The notes under the pieces are model-generated. The model ran no database searches and had not been told where the DNA came from. It worked only from the letters and a program-made list of their open reading frames with translations. A stretch of DNA of 62,426 nucleotides, counting the filler, from Hausera hauseri (taxonomy: Eukaryota), in assembly GCA_046269625.1 (NCBI GenBank). It is 12 parts of 12 records of this genome, joined end to end, with 100 filler letters (N's around TTAATTAATTAA, not from the genome) between each part and the next. Parts side by side here need not be neighbours in the genome. Positions count along the whole stretch, not along the records: positions 44,136 to 48,540 come from JBJURY010597444.1; positions 48,641 to 53,449 come from JBJURY010427919.1; positions 53,550 to 58,149 come from JBJURY010510683.1; positions 58,250 to 62,426 come from JBJURY010718435.1; 8 more parts are not named here. One strand, given 5' to 3'. Every line of letters begins with the position of its first letter. The stretch's first letter is position 1. Both the position numbers and the translations under genes were made by a program. Positions 48,401-61,954 of this stretch are shown here, one piece after another.

Positions 48401-48994
48401 AAAAAACCTATGGGAAGTCTGTCCCAGTTGCACTTTGGATCGATATTATTCGAAATCGGCTCAATAAATTTAAATTCTAACTGCACATTCATATACTGCA
48501 CCATGTTTCCAATCGATCCCACCCGGTCACATGTCCTAATNNNNNNNNNNNNNNNNNNNNNNNNNNNNNNNNNNNNNNNNNNNNTTAATTAATTAANNNN
48601 NNNNNNNNNNNNNNNNNNNNNNNNNNNNNNNNNNNNNNNNGTGGACAATTCGATTTATGATTTTACAAAAATCTCTAAAACCATTCATCGTTCTAATTTT
48701 CCAAATCGGTCGATCAGTAATCGATTTGTTGATCAGAATTATGTGAACACCTCTAAATTTTGTACGGTCCAATTTACAGTTGAAATTCACACTCGATTCC
48801 CAACGATAATCGTAATTAATTTCTGAAAATTGTTTACTATCACTGGTAAAAAATCAACTTAATTCGCCAAAAATCAACTGTTCGTAGAAAGAAATAAAAT
48901 GGCCATTTATCTTTTGGATTTAAAAAGCAATAACATCTTTATTATTAAAACAAATTGTTTTTTAATATTTAAACAAAAGTTTTCTCACAACGCA

Positions 48995-49360
48995 GTCGAA
49001 TGTATTTGTCCATTGTTAACTCCAAATATCACCAAATAAATATGCTGGAATTGGACCAATTCTGTTAAATTTTTCCGGGTAATATTCACTCAAACAGTGT
49101 CGAACGAATACGTGGAATTCTCGAAATTGTCTTCCTTAAAATCACCCTTCAAATGAAATGATGCAGCGTCTTTGTAGCCATTCACTCGAGCTCCAATATT
49201 TTCTAGTTCCATTCTTTGAACGTGTAATTGTCGAATCTTTGCACCGGTTTTATCGGACCAACTTTTCCAGAATTCTCTCTCCAGCACTTAAACAGTGTGC
49301 ACGATAACACGGTATATCGTTGTTGTAAATTGACGAAATCCGTTGAGATAACCAATGGTA
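48995..49360 (-). pseudogene. Angiotensin-converting-enzyme (peptidase M2) fragment
   Basis: ISSIYN...C...CL, FWKSWSDKTGAKIRQL...ENIGARVNGYKDAA, and GPIPAYLFGDIWS*QWTN (ACE motif GPIPAHLLGNMWAQ). Frameshifts and internal deletions. Confidence 0.75.
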
Positions 49361-49460
49361 TTTGAAAGAAACTTTTGTATTCTTACTGACAATTGTAGGA
49401 GAGATTAGTTCAAATATTAGTCGAGTATTTCTGTGAACCACCGTTTGACTGGTAGAAGTT

Positions 49461-49799
49461 CTATATTCCCATTGACTTCTTTTCAAATTTCTGTGTAATA
49501 GAATCAATCGGAGTATCATCTTGCATTGAACGTCCCAAATAAATTTTGTTTGTTTTACGCTTCTGGTGACGAGTTAATCTTCCATCGGTAGTTTCTGGTG
49601 TAATTAGGATATTTAATGAATTGGTAAGAATAAATTTTGATGTTATGTCGATATGCTCAGCAGGAACCCATTCGTTGAGTCGACGATCATGACGAAGATA
49701 ATGAACAAAATATTCAAATTCATTTGAAGTGGACAAGCGGCTTTCTATTGTAGTTGCTTTACAGAGAGTACTATCACTTTTTTGCCACATAATTATCAT
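49461..49799 (-). pseudogene. KAT8/MOF-like chromo-barrel (Tudor-knot) fragment without a MYST domain
   Basis: EYFVHYLRHDRRLNEWV and RLTRHQKRK match the MOF N-terminus; the sequence breaks off before the HAT domain. Confidence 0.75.
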
Positions 49800-49826
49800 T
49801 AATGGTTAACTCGGACGTGTTCTTTA

Positions 49827-52407
49827 TCATTTAGAAAACAGAGTTCGGTTTATAAAAATTACAAGAAACGTGTATAAATGTACTGATACAAAAACTTGGG
49901 AACTATAAATGAATATGAACTGGAATTGGATACATTTTGCACATCCGTGGAAGTATTTCGGTTCCACGTGGGAATTGTAGAAACTCGGATTGAGAATAGA
50001 CGATGCCAATTTACTAACTGGTTGACTGTAATATTCGCATATCTCTCCGTCTTCTTCGGAAAACAGAGTTGCTTTCAAAAGAGGAAATTTGTCAACCATT
50101 GACGGATTTACTCGACTGGTTTTGAATGAGGTTTTCGGTGAGATTTTGGGGTTTCTCGTTTTCGTTTTGTATTCCGTACGCGCGGGGATTTTCGGAGTAT
50201 CCTTACTACGGACTACGGGTGTTGGTTTACTAAAATAATCATCTTTGTTTACGGCCGAGTCGACCGTCGCAACTTTCCCTTCGCGTGAAGACGTTTCATC
50301 GTCACTTGAATCTTCAAAATATTTCTTCTTTTCTATACAAATTTGGTAACTGATATGCTTGTCACAGTAGATCTTCGAATTAAATCGTCGATAACACAAC
50401 GGACAAGCGTACGGTTTCAAATCGGAATGAACTAATTCGTGACGGATAAGCGACGATTTCGTTTTGAACGAAGAGTAACACTTAATGCACAAATATTTGC
50501 CCTGGTTCAAATGATGAAATCGAATATGCTGCTGAAGTAATTTGACCGTTAAAAATTGCTTTTGACAAAAATTACAGGCCTTCCGTTTTGTCGTTAAACC
50601 TTTCCAACAATCCTGAACATTGAGTTTTTCTTTCAGATTATCATGGCACTTTAAGTGGCCTTTTAAAAAAGATTTATTTCGAAACGTTTTCCGACAGATA
50701 TAACAACGAAAACATCGTTGAGTCAGACGATTTGTCATCGTCTTAAATCGACTTGCCAATGATTTTAAATCAGCAACGCGAAATGGAATAGCAGATTCCT
50801 GGACGTGCATTTGTCCGGTTTCTTCGTCGAGTACTTCTACTACTTCCGGTAAAATGATCGAATAGGAATTATTCATTTTCAATTTAGATATTGGACTGGA
50901 GAAATTTGTCGGTTCGAAAATATCATCAGTGGGAAAATCTTCCAGCTGCGATGCGTTCCACATGTACTCAAATTCGTCGTCATTGGACATCATTTCGTTG
51001 CTGGACTCTTTAACATCGGTTTCAATAGGCTCTGACACGTCGTGATCTATATAGAAATTTGGTTTGGGTTTCGATCGAACTCGTCGGTGAACTTTAATCG
51101 GATCCCGGTCATACTGGTTTTTCTGATGAACAACTCGAATATGGGTATTCATATTGTGTTCATACGTGAAACGTTTGATACAAAATGGACACTTGTGTTG
51201 TTTCTCCGGTTGATGCAACACCATGTGAATTTTCACTGAAGACTTTTGAGAAAATCGAGCACCGCAAATCGGACATGGGAAAGCCTTAACACCTGTGTGA
51301 GTTACTTCATGACGTCGAAGCAAAATCGGCGTTTTAAACGTCTTAAGACATATTGGACAGGTCGTATCACCTTTACGACGTTGGTAATTGGGATCATCTT
51401 TTCTTGGTCGTCCACGTTTGGAAACACAATTGTCTCGATTGTCGTCTTGAGGATCTTCAGCTTCCGTACAAAGTTTAATAATTTCATTGGCAATAAAAGT
51501 CGATTTTCGCCGTTTTAACTGACTACCATCAACAGGCGGAATTCCGGATGTTGTCTGAGCCACTTCATTACTACTTTCGGTCTTCAGAAATGTATTGGAA
51601 TCCATCCATTCGGTAGCTTTTTTCGGATGAAATTGGGCGTAATGTTTCTTTATATTCCCAACACAATCAAATAGTTTGAAACAAGTTTTACAGCGCAAAT
51701 AATTCACAGACATTTTCTGTTTGCATAAATTCCCATTTTCAGTTTCTTCGAGATGCTGGGACAACAAAAGTTTGGATTTAAAAGGCGTAGAGCAGTGTTC
51801 ACAAAGTAATTCTTCATCGGTTTGATGAACAAGACAATGGCCTTGTAAAGCTTTCTTCCGTGAAAATGCTGTAAGGCAAATTGGGCATTTATAAGTTATT
51901 TCACCTTTATTTTCATCGTTATCCGAACATTCTTCTGTGTGAATCATGGTAATATGAACCAATAGATTCACTTCGTGATTGTAACTTAAATTGCACCAAC
52001 TGCACTTGAATTCCCGATCATTTTCATGGATCGACATGTGTTTTAAATACGATCGCTTGGACGAGAATACTGTTGAACAAATAGTACATTCTTGACCTTG
52101 ATAATAACTTTTATTTGGATCATAATCGTAATCACATGTTTCTTGATTCAAATCATTAACCTCACTTGCTTCGGCTGATGGTTTTCGTTTTCGGCCTCGT
52201 TTATTTGATTTTAAATCGTCGCCTGAGATCATATAAAAAAATATTTCAATTTCCATTGCCAATATACTTACCAGAAATTATTGACTGATTTGGCATATTG
52301 CCGCATTGATCCCTACTAACATTTCCCTGAGAAAAACTATCGTTCCTCAAAAAATTTGATGTACTCACAACAATAACTTCAGATTTAGGAGTACAAAACG
52401 TTGTCAT
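49827..52407 (-). CDS. Multi-C2H2 zinc-finger protein; probable first exon 52407-52272, intron 52271-52223
   Basis: About a dozen CxxC...HxxxH fingers in clusters, linker HTGVKAFPC, AT-hook-like KRGRPRK. A 49-nt GT-AG intron joins an upstream ATG in frame. True 3' end uncertain. Confidence 0.88.
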
Positions 52408-53549
52408 AAATATAAAATAACCTATTCAATTAGATATTAGAATTTATTATCAAAACACGATTTACTTTAAAACTAGAGACTCAATAATCAAATTGTACAA
52501 ATATAACAACTTAAGTTGTGTTAAAAATAAATTGCAAATTTCAAACAAAGCATTAAATTTGGTTGTAATTAAAAGATTTTTGAATATTTATTAATTTTCT
52601 ATATTTAATAATTTCAGCGAAAGTCCCATTTTACACTGTTAAGTTTAACTCTGTTTTACGCAAAAATTTCTAAACATTAAGATGATCTAGGTACATTTTA
52701 TTGTGCATAATAATTTTATTTCAAACCATTTTTATTTTTCGACATAGTAAGTTTAGGGAGGTGATTTGATACAAGGGTAGTGAGAATTATTTTTCACTAT
52801 TGTCTGAAATTCTCAATAGCATATAAACTGAAGTTTAATTGATTTGTACTAATTTTCCTCTTTTTTCATAAAATAAAGTAATCGCTGATGCTTGAAGGCT
52901 TTCTCTGTTGTCTAAAGGAATCACCTACTGACAAAAATGAAACATTTTTTCCAATCTTTTCTAATCCGTGAATATTTGAACTTCATATCAAAAGTTTGAC
53001 AGCATACAGTGGAATGAGCAAAGTACCAAGCCGGAGAATAGTTTCAAAAAATAATTTTTTGTAAATTCCATACCAATCTTCAAATCCCACTTGCATACGG
53101 TATGGTATCAGATTCAGAAATTATTCTATAAAAATTAGCGATCGCTTGGTGATCCCGGAACCATTATGTTAAAGATATTCAGATCCCATATTTCAATTGT
53201 ATTTCTAGGTATTTGTGAAATCTTTTGATTTTATTACACATAGTGATCAGCAAAACCAGATTTCTTATGTATCAAATGTTAGAAATTTTCAAATTATTTA
53301 AGTATTTTTTAATAAAATATTCTCCGGTTGGGTTTTTCTTTTTGTAAACCTTTACTCTTAGGACCAAACCATTAATATTATTTTCGATATTTTACTTCAA
53401 TTTTTTAATGGATCTGATGTGCCAAATTAGGAAATTCAAAATTGTAAGTNNNNNNNNNNNNNNNNNNNNNNNNNNNNNNNNNNNNNNNNNNNNTTAATTA
53501 ATTAANNNNNNNNNNNNNNNNNNNNNNNNNNNNNNNNNNNNNNNNNNNN

Positions 53550-56500
53550 CCATTCTCTTACATCCTTTACATACGAATATGTAGTTAACTCGCATTCTTT
53601 GTCATCAATCCACTCGGATGATACTTTCATCGCTACCTCAAGTTTAGTCATTAATATTTTAGCATATTTTTTATCAAAAGTTTCGGCACCGTGCTATAAA
53701 TTGTGTTTTCACTAGATAATTTAGTTAAAGTTGGAATAAGTTGTCTTAATTTATTTTCAGCAATATTTACGTTAATTAGTTCAATCAAATCTTTTTCAGT
53801 TAACGCTGAATCCAGTAGCATCTCCACATTGAATCTTCTGTTCTGTGGGCATGTTTCTATCTCGTTCAATCGTACTGAAGTCATGGGATTTTCGGTCAGC
53901 ATTGCGTCGAAGTATGCATCCCATTCTGGCTCATTACCGACATTTGGGAGTCCAGTGCCTACTAAGGCTACACTTGTTCTTTGCACATTTTCCCGAATTT
54001 CTTTCAACCTGGGTTGTATTTCCCTCATCTGCGTAGTTCGGAACCCTACTCCATTCCCACAGACATATTGAATCATTTTCAGTAATTCTCCGATTTGTTA
54101 GAGTCGATGAGTCCCTTTTGGTGATAACCTGTTAAATCAATGATTACATCTTGTTGCCATCTCTGTACAAATTCTCGTTTATTCTTGATCTCTGACTGGG
54201 TAAAAGTATATTTGTTTCGATAGACTTCAAGCACTTTTGTTATTTCATCTAACCTTGTCGCTCTGTTTCGTCTTGATGCATGTTTCTTCTACTTTCTGTA
54301 TCTTGGGCATCAATTGCCTCATCTTCTCATCACTAATTTCTGCCATTTCCACCAATAGATAGGCTAACTCATACATTTATAACCTTTGAGTCAGGGTCCA
54401 TTGCATCCGACAATTTCTTTACCAACTTGTGTTCCTGAAAACTAAAATGTGGATTGTCTCTTATTTTTGTCAACTCGGTATGGAAATTCTGATCTGATCC
54501 AGTCATCCATTCTTGTGGTTTGTGCAAAAATTTTATTGCGTCCGCTAACGTATCTTAATGTCCTGGGCAAATATCCAAGATTTTAATATCTTCTACAGAG
54601 ATTTCGTCGATCGATTTTCCTGTTAAGTATTGGACTCCTTCTAGTCAAACAATCCTTAACTTTGAATTTACATCGTAAATCATATTTCACTTTTCCGTAA
54701 AGTTCGTCTCTTCGATCAGTTTATAGATCTCCTCCAATATCAACACTTCTCGTTCCTTTTCCATAAATTTCAGTCATCGTAATGCTACGAATTGAGTGCG
54801 AATGTCTATTTCTATCCGCATTGTGCCTAAATCATGTTCACTTTCCTCTAGTTGCTTCTTCACCATTGGCCCTCTTTGCGGAAATTCCTTCTTTTGATCT
54901 TCTACTAATTTGCTTAATTGCGTTATTAATTCGGACCACTCCGACAGTTGATTTGCGATTATCTGTTTTGCCATTATAGCCTTATCTAGCATCTTATATG
55001 CGTCTTCTAACTCATCGTCTGGTTCTCTTAGGAAATTCATAATCTGGCCGGCATAACTGAACTCATCTTTATATTCGTCCAATTCTATGGTACAGGCCTT
55101 CACTACGTATTTGGTTTCTTCGTTATTTGGAGACATAATTCGGTTTCTCAAACTATAAATCTGTACTCGCTTTTCATTCTCTATCTCAATCCGATTTTCT
55201 AGGTTTGTATATTTTTTTGGTGCAGCAAATGCGATTTTTATCATCTCCATCAAGGGCGGAATATTTATTGGGTCTATACTCAGTATTTCTACGTCGATAT
55301 TGCTTCGATGGTTAACCGGTTTTCCCTAAGCCGATTAATAATTGTGTACCGAATTTCGTCCATCATACGTTCTAAATTACGGACTACTGTCTTCAGTTTT
55401 GGTTTGACTTCTAAGGTAGATAAAAACGTTTGTGCTTTTGTAACTTTAACATCGACACTATCCTAGTTTTTACTCCATCTTTCCGAAAATTCTACTGCGC
55501 TTTTAATCCATGATTCTAATTCCTGCTTTCATTTTAGCAACGTTTCGGTTGATACCTCTTCGGGTTGTTCTAAGTCGATTGCTTCTTCGAGCTTACCTTC
55601 ACTGTATAATTTTAGGTTTTGTATAATTTCTCCGCATATTGTTGTTCTTTTCAGGATAAATCTACTTGTTCGCTAATCTGCTTGAGTCTTTCTAAATTTT
55701 GCTGCAGTATTTCTGGATTGTGACATCTAATTTTCATTCTCTTCAACTTGTTGGCGTTTTTCCATGAACGTCGGACTTTCCATTTTTTGGGTCGAACTCA
55801 TCGATGTTCACCGTTTCTTCCTCACTAGTGGGAAGTGGGCAAATTTCGTTAATTTCGTTAATTGACTATACAGACTCCGTTACTTCGACAGGTTTGTGAA
55901 CCAATTTCTGGTATATTCAAACTATGGTCCGCGATATTCGGGTTTTCTGTTTCTTCAATTTTCTCTCTAGTTACTTTAGAGCGTGAACGACTTCTACGTT
56001 TCGTTTTAAATGAAGGGCTACGGCCTCTATTTTTGGCGATTTTAAGTATTAATGGCTCTGTAAACTCTTTTTCTGCTGTATCATCATAAGTAGACTTAGT
56101 TACTTTCTCAACCGTAAACTCAGACACTGCATCTAAATCGACTTCTGTCGATGTGCCTGGTTTATCAGATTGTTTATTACTTGTCGGGACACACTTCTTC
56201 CGTGTCATATCAATTCGCTTAGGTGCTATCGCATGCTCAAAATCAGTTTCGGGTTCTACTAAATCATGATATACTTCTAATAGTCTCAATTTCTCTCCGT
56301 TTTCTTTTCTAGCCATCAAAATTTGTAAGTTAGTAGTATCCGGCTGAGCATCTAAGAATTTTCTCAAGTCCTGTATATCGATGATAGTGCCTGTATTTCC
56401 ACGAACGGCATACTTTGCTTTTAAATTCTCATTAATTCTGATCATACTAGTCTTATTTGGCTCGGTAAATGAGACGCTATGCGGATTTGGACATGACCTT

Positions 56501-57531
56501 GAAATATGTCCTTCTTTACCGCAAGTAAAACAAATTAAATTCCCATTTCTGCCGACTCCTTGTCGACCGTATTCGTTTACCGGTGACTTAAATCTATTTA
56601 TACTTTTATTATACTGGTTTGACGAACTCTACGTGTTGTCGGCATTTCGCCGATTATCCTTATTTCGGTTATCGCCGCTTTGATTCGAGTAGTTCGAGCC
56701 TCTATAATTTCCTCTATTCCTATCCCAGTTAGAATTTGATCTGCTCGTATTAGCATAATTATTACTTCGGCCATTTCTGTAACCGCCATTATTATTTCTA
56801 TTTCCATAATTTCTGTTGCCTGTTAATCGTCTGTCATCTCTTCCACGATTATCGTTGCGATTTCTGTCGTTGCGATCATTTCGGTCATTATTTCTATCAT
56901 TTCTGTCACTCTGTCTGGCGTATCTATCAAGCGCCATATCTAAATCTTGGGTTAATTGTAGAGCTCCTTCAAAGTTTTCAGGTCTAGCCAGAATCAATTG
57001 TTTAACCAAATCTCGGGACCAAATACCATGGATTAATTGAGTCGTCATCATAATATCTAAATCCGGTGGTGTTGCCTTTTCTGCGGCCTCACGTTCCGCA
57101 TCCGTTTTGGCTTTAGCCACATTGGCTATACGCAGTGTGTTTATATGACTATTAGCAAGTTTCTTGAACGAAAATGCGAACTGGGTTACCGATTCACCCT
57201 TTTGCTGTACTCTATTCTAAAATGCCATGAGTTTCCGTTGTGGAGTTACTGTTGGCAACAATTTACGGTTCAATGCTGCTACCAGGGAGGACCAAGATTT
57301 CTTCTCATCATTAATAAGCTCATTATAAGCGTCAGCGGCTAAGTTTTTCAAATATAACGACAAGCGTTTAATCATTACTTCAGGAGTGAGGCTAGCACCT
57401 TCTGCGTGCAATTTATAAGTTCTCAAGAATTCATTAAGCCCGTCTGGGTCTCCATCATATGCCGGCAGGTTTAGAGAATCAAACGTCAAGATGTCCAGTT
57501 TCTGCGCTACTGGTGGGTTATCTGCTGCCAT
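53550..57531 (-). pseudogene. LTR-retrotransposon gag with long C-terminal extension, disrupted
   Basis: LPAYDGD...FL..Y, RLSLYL...A..AY, QQKGESVTQFA, R/N/D-rich linker, intact knuckle CFTCGKEGHISRSC (~56490-56532), then ~3 kb of broken coiled-coil-like coding sequence. Confidence 0.75.
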
Positions 57532-57900
57532 ATTAATTACGTTATTTAGCTCTAAATTTGCTTTATTTACTTTAGGTTTCTCAAGTGGAATTTTAAATTC
57601 TTTATTTTGCGCGACAACGTCTAGTTTAATTTTATTCTAGGAATTTGAACGTTTATCTACTTTTTCTGTTTCTCTATATATGTTTCGACGTGTCTCACGT
57701 ATAGGTGAATTATCTTTTAATATATGATTTATTCCTGACCTATCAATGTTTGTTCTCGATTAAATTTTTGCGTTACTTATCCCTGTCAATAACCTTATAT
57801 ACCCAATTCGATTTTAGTTTTCCAATATACCAAATTAATTGATGTGAATGGCGCTGTTTGCCGATATGTAATTAATTATCTCTCAATAGTAAGTCTAGCG

Positions 57901-58149
57901 AGGTACAGACTGTCCTGCTAGAGTCGCCAAATGTTATATATTGGGGTGGCCCTTATTCAACTCCCTATGTAACAATATTTTCACTTGAAATTTATCTCCT
58001 TACGCAGGTCGGTCTATCGTTATCGAATAGACAGAATGTACCTTAACGATTTTCAATGACTATGCGTGTGATTGCTTGCGGTCCTGTGCCGATAATTAAT
58101 AATGTCCTCTCTTAACTATATAAGTTGAGTAATAAGTTAACCTTAATGT
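57901..58149 (-). promoter_or_regulatory. Partial 5' LTR (58149-57932, ends ...AACA) and tRNA-Arg primer-binding site (57929-57913)
   Basis: Minus strand reads TATAACA-TT-TGGCGACTCTAGCAGGA; TGGCGACTCT is complementary to the recalled tRNA-Arg(UCU) 3' end. Confidence 0.8.
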
Positions 58150-58292
58150 NNNNNNNNNNNNNNNNNNNNNNNNNNNNNNNNNNNNNNNNNNNNTTAATTA
58201 ATTAANNNNNNNNNNNNNNNNNNNNNNNNNNNNNNNNNNNNNNNNNNNNACGTGAAATTATAGTATCAGCGTTCACTCTGCTTCGAGTGTTG

Positions 58293-58523
58293 TACGCCAG
58301 TGTGCCTCCTCACTCGGGGCACCAGTGATAAGTTTACAGTCTAAGATTTTCTGGTCTTACGACCTTAAACTTATACTTTTTACTTATAAGCTTGAGTACT
58401 CTCCTTGCCTCAAGCTTTACTTACTTTATTACGGTAATCGGCGGCCTGTGGGTCCGCTGAGGTTGATTATTTTTAATTATTTAACCTTACTGTATGAGTA
58501 CCGTCAGGAGGAACACTGACGTA
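58293..58523 (-). promoter_or_regulatory. LTR 3' part and tRNA-Met primer-binding site (58324-58307), related to 38142-38396
   Basis: Minus strand reads TTATCA-C-TGGTGCCCCGAGTGAGGAGGCACACTGGCGT, nearly identical to the + strand at 38355-38392. Confidence 0.75.
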
Positions 58524-59374
58524 GCTCACCCTTATTTATCAAAAGTTTAACAACCGACCTTTAAAAGGAAGGTATACCAAAGTGGGATAAGAATATTTGT
58601 ATAATTTACACTTATTACAATACGATATTCTTACTGAAATTATTTAATATTAAAGATATAAAAACAAACCAAAACAAGGTATTTAATATTATGCAAATTA
58701 TAACTCAATCAAAATATAACAAAGAAAAATGATAATTAACAAAAGAATAAAATAACTCACATCCGTCGTACATGGTATTCATATTACAAGCTGTCATGAA
58801 AGATTTTGTTTTTTTAAACTAGTACCAATCATTTCAGTATATATAGTAAAGTTTTTAAGTGCAACAGATGTAGGAAAATAAAAATTATTTTCAATATGTA
58901 CAAAAAAATTAAAAATGATTAACAAATAAAAATATATCATTTATTTCAAAGTCACGTCATTTATTTTAATTGTTCACTTGAACAATGAACATCTGGCGTA
59001 AATCTGCCATTCATTTATTCTGTACATATATATACAACACACACTTCTACAACTGGGCGTTTACCGGATTACCCAACTTGTCTGTTGGGTTCTACCACTC
59101 AAGTTGACCTGTTTCCTTTCAAAATCCTTCATGCGTCTGATAATTTTTTATGGCATTTAAAGATGCGAAAGGCGAATTTTTCATTTGTTGATTTCAATGA
59201 GGATAAAAATTCAATAACTAATGTGCTTTTGCTGTTCAATCACAATGAATATTTGATTGATAAATTATGCAACGTAAATTATGCAAAAATAAAAACCAAA
59301 TCAACGCAAATGAAAAACAAAATAGCTATATTTGTATACAGGCGACGCACACACACACGCACACAAATTTCCCT

Positions 59375-59992
59375 TCATTCCTGAAAACGCGAATTATTCA
59401 CATTACGAAATTGCCCATTTAACGGTAAGACTCTGGAAGTATTGCCACGTGTTGCCACCATGTTTCCTCTGATATTCGTACGTATCTGCGTCAATGCCAG
59501 ACCAGTTCTGTTGGTGTTTACCGGTGTTACGTTACTCTGATCGATGGCGCTGTGGAATATTGTGCGATTGGATCCGGATTGATTGTTGGGATTCTGGAGT
59601 ACTGTCTGGCTGACTGATTTGGCGAACGTGTTGCCCGAGTGCCGTCCGATAACATTCTGTCTCACCGTCTGATACGATTGCGTCATTAGCCTCTGTACAA
59701 CCTGACTATTGGATCGCCTCGGTGTCTGCATGGATGCGCGGTTTTGATGAACTTGGAATTGAATGGGATTTCGTGAATTGATGGCTACGTGACTTGTGGT
59801 TACCGGTGTTGAACCCGTCATGATATTGTTGCTGTTGTTGGCATTGATTGAACATGTCACTGGGATTTGTGATGTTGGGTTAGCTTGTTGATGGATTAAT
59901 GATGTACCTGATACCTGAACGTCAAACTCAACGATATATTTTTCGTATATCATGCGAAATTCCGAATATTTTTCCATAAAATGAATAGTCAA
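59375..59992 (-). CDS. Probable exon of an N/Q/S/T-rich low-complexity protein
   Basis: Open 205-codon frame with coding-like composition; no domain recognised. Confidence 0.4.
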   Translation of the reverse strand: MTIHFMEKYSEFRMIYEKYIVEFDVQVSGTSLIHQQANPTSQIPVTCSINANNSNNIMTGSTPVTTSHVAINSRNPIQFQVHQNRASMQTPRRSNSQVVQRLMTQSYQTVRQNVIGRHSGNTFAKSVSQTVLQNPNNQSGSNRTIFHSAIDQSNVTPVNTNRTGLALTQIRTNIRGNMVATRGNTSRVLPLNGQFRNVNNSRFQE

Positions 59993-60779
59993 ACAATTTT
60001 TTTCGGTTGGGATGAATAATGAAGATTAAAAATATGAAAAATGTTTTTGTAAACAAAGTCCAAATAACGCAATTAGAGATTTTAAATGTAACAGCATTTC
60101 ATATTTATTCAAGTTTCCCCCGCTATGTTTAACAATTTTGAACTTTGACAAAACTTTTTTCATTTTCTCCAGATAATAATCTTTTAATATTCGATTTATG
60201 ATGTTTCCTGGACGACGTTCCTGTCAATCTAAAATGTATTCGTCTAATTATCAATCTCATATTCTGACCGACTGCAAACTACAGACCGAATAATCATTGG
60301 ATAAATTTTATTTCAACAGAACATCAAGAAAATATTAAAAATCGAATATCAGACCGACAAAATGAACGAAAATATTGTCCAAGTTCACAAATCCATAAGG
60401 TAGCAAGAGAAAATTGAACAAATGCAAAGTGCATTAAATTTTTCTAATGACGTTATTTTGGGTTTCGTTTGCAATATATATTAAATGTACAGCTGGGGCG
60501 ATTGAGGCGTCAATTTTTATTGGGCAAAATTTCAAGTAATGATAATTTATTGATAAAAGTCAGTTTCTGTGCTTATGCAATACAAATATTTACATTATTA
60601 ATGAAGACAAAGCGATTGGACCTGGTTGCCAGCAACACAAGTCCAAAATATACTCCCAATCAATTGACGACTTCCAAGTCTAGCGGAAACGTGTGCAGGA
60701 TAGTGAATAAATCAGAACAGTTCGAGAAAATCAAAAGATCGCCTGGTTCGGAATTTATATAAGTGGAATTATCGGACCG

Positions 60780-61230
60780 ATATTTTGGGTTTATGACGCC
60801 GCATTCCCGAAAGAAGGAATCAACACTCGCTGGTACTAAGAAATGCTGGAGAACAACATCATTCCGGCAATGCAACAGCTTCCAAAGTTCTATAATTTGA
60901 TGTTTACGCGAGATGGAGCTCCTGCTCACAAAGCCATGGAAGTACGCGCTCTTCTCGATCAAACCTTCGAAGATCACTGGATAGGCTATAGCTCTGAAGC
61001 ATATCCGGTTTCTATCCGCTGTCCCCCACGTCGCCCTAATCTTATTTCGATGGATTATTTTTGCTAGAGCTATCTCAAAAGTAAAGTTTACACCGACCGC
61101 CTTTATGCCGATCTCAACGACCTTGGTGAGGAAATCATCAACCAAATTCAGCATGATCGATAAAGCAGTTCAGGATTTTGTGCGCCATCTGCGAGTGTGC
61201 ATTGAGCGAAAATCAGATCATTTTATCAAT
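60780..61230 (+). pseudogene. Tc1/mariner-superfamily (maT/Tc3-like) transposase remnant
   Basis: RDGAPAH...VR..L...F..HWIG...PPRRPNL..MDYF...YLKSKVY, a degenerate form of QQDGAPAH / WPPRSPDL. Confidence 0.8.
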
Positions 61231-61421
61231 GTTTATTTGTTGTTCATCTTTTAATTCCAATAAGTTTTCTTGAAAAAATGACTAATTTTTGAAAAGGCTT
61301 TAAAATAAAAACGTTATGGGCCCAAACGACTTTTGAGAAATAGTTACTCCATCCTGTATACCTCAACTGTATGTCGTTGACTGCCATACAAATTTTGATC
61401 GCAAAATGAGTAGTCTTCATT

Positions 61422-61954
61422 TATTGGGTTAGCGCATAATTTCGTGCGGGTTTTTTTAAATTCAAAATTGCGCAAATAAACTATTTTGGCTAAGTCTTTT
61501 ATGTTATTCGATAGAGAATATTTTTTTTGTTTTTTTTAGATCTTTCAAATGAAATGTTAAGTCGACAAAAATGGGTATTTCCGACACTTTCTTTTTGCAT
61601 TTTATCAAGGATTTAAGGCCACCAATGCTGCTATCGCGATATTTGTACAGTGCATAGAGAAGGTGCTATCCTCTTTATTCTTCATCGGATTTCCATCTTT
61701 TCCGATAACTTTCAAACGCCTTTGCAAGGAGTTACGTTCAATAATGATGAGAAACTGAAGGCATGGTTGGAAGAATTCTTCGAGTCCAGACCAGACAATT
61801 TTTACTGCCGAGGCATAAAAGAGCCTGCGGAACGTTGGGAAGAAGTTGTAAACACCAAAGGAGAATGCATTATTGATTAAATGTTATGTTAATTTTTGTT
61901 TAAAATATAAAAATTGAATTAAAAAAACCCACAAAATTATGAACCAACTTAATA
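61422..61954 (+). mobile_element. Internally deleted mariner element
   Basis: Imperfect TIRs TATTGGGTTAGCGCATAATTT and ...AAATTATGAACCAACTTAATA with TA ends. N-terminal HTH remnant joined to the C-terminal FY.RGI...ERW..VV...G..IID. Confidence 0.82.

Noticed and set aside
57913-57929. tRNA gene ending in CCA
   Set aside because: Only 17 nt match a tRNA 3' end, there is no cloverleaf, and the position next to an LTR end identifies it as a primer-binding site.
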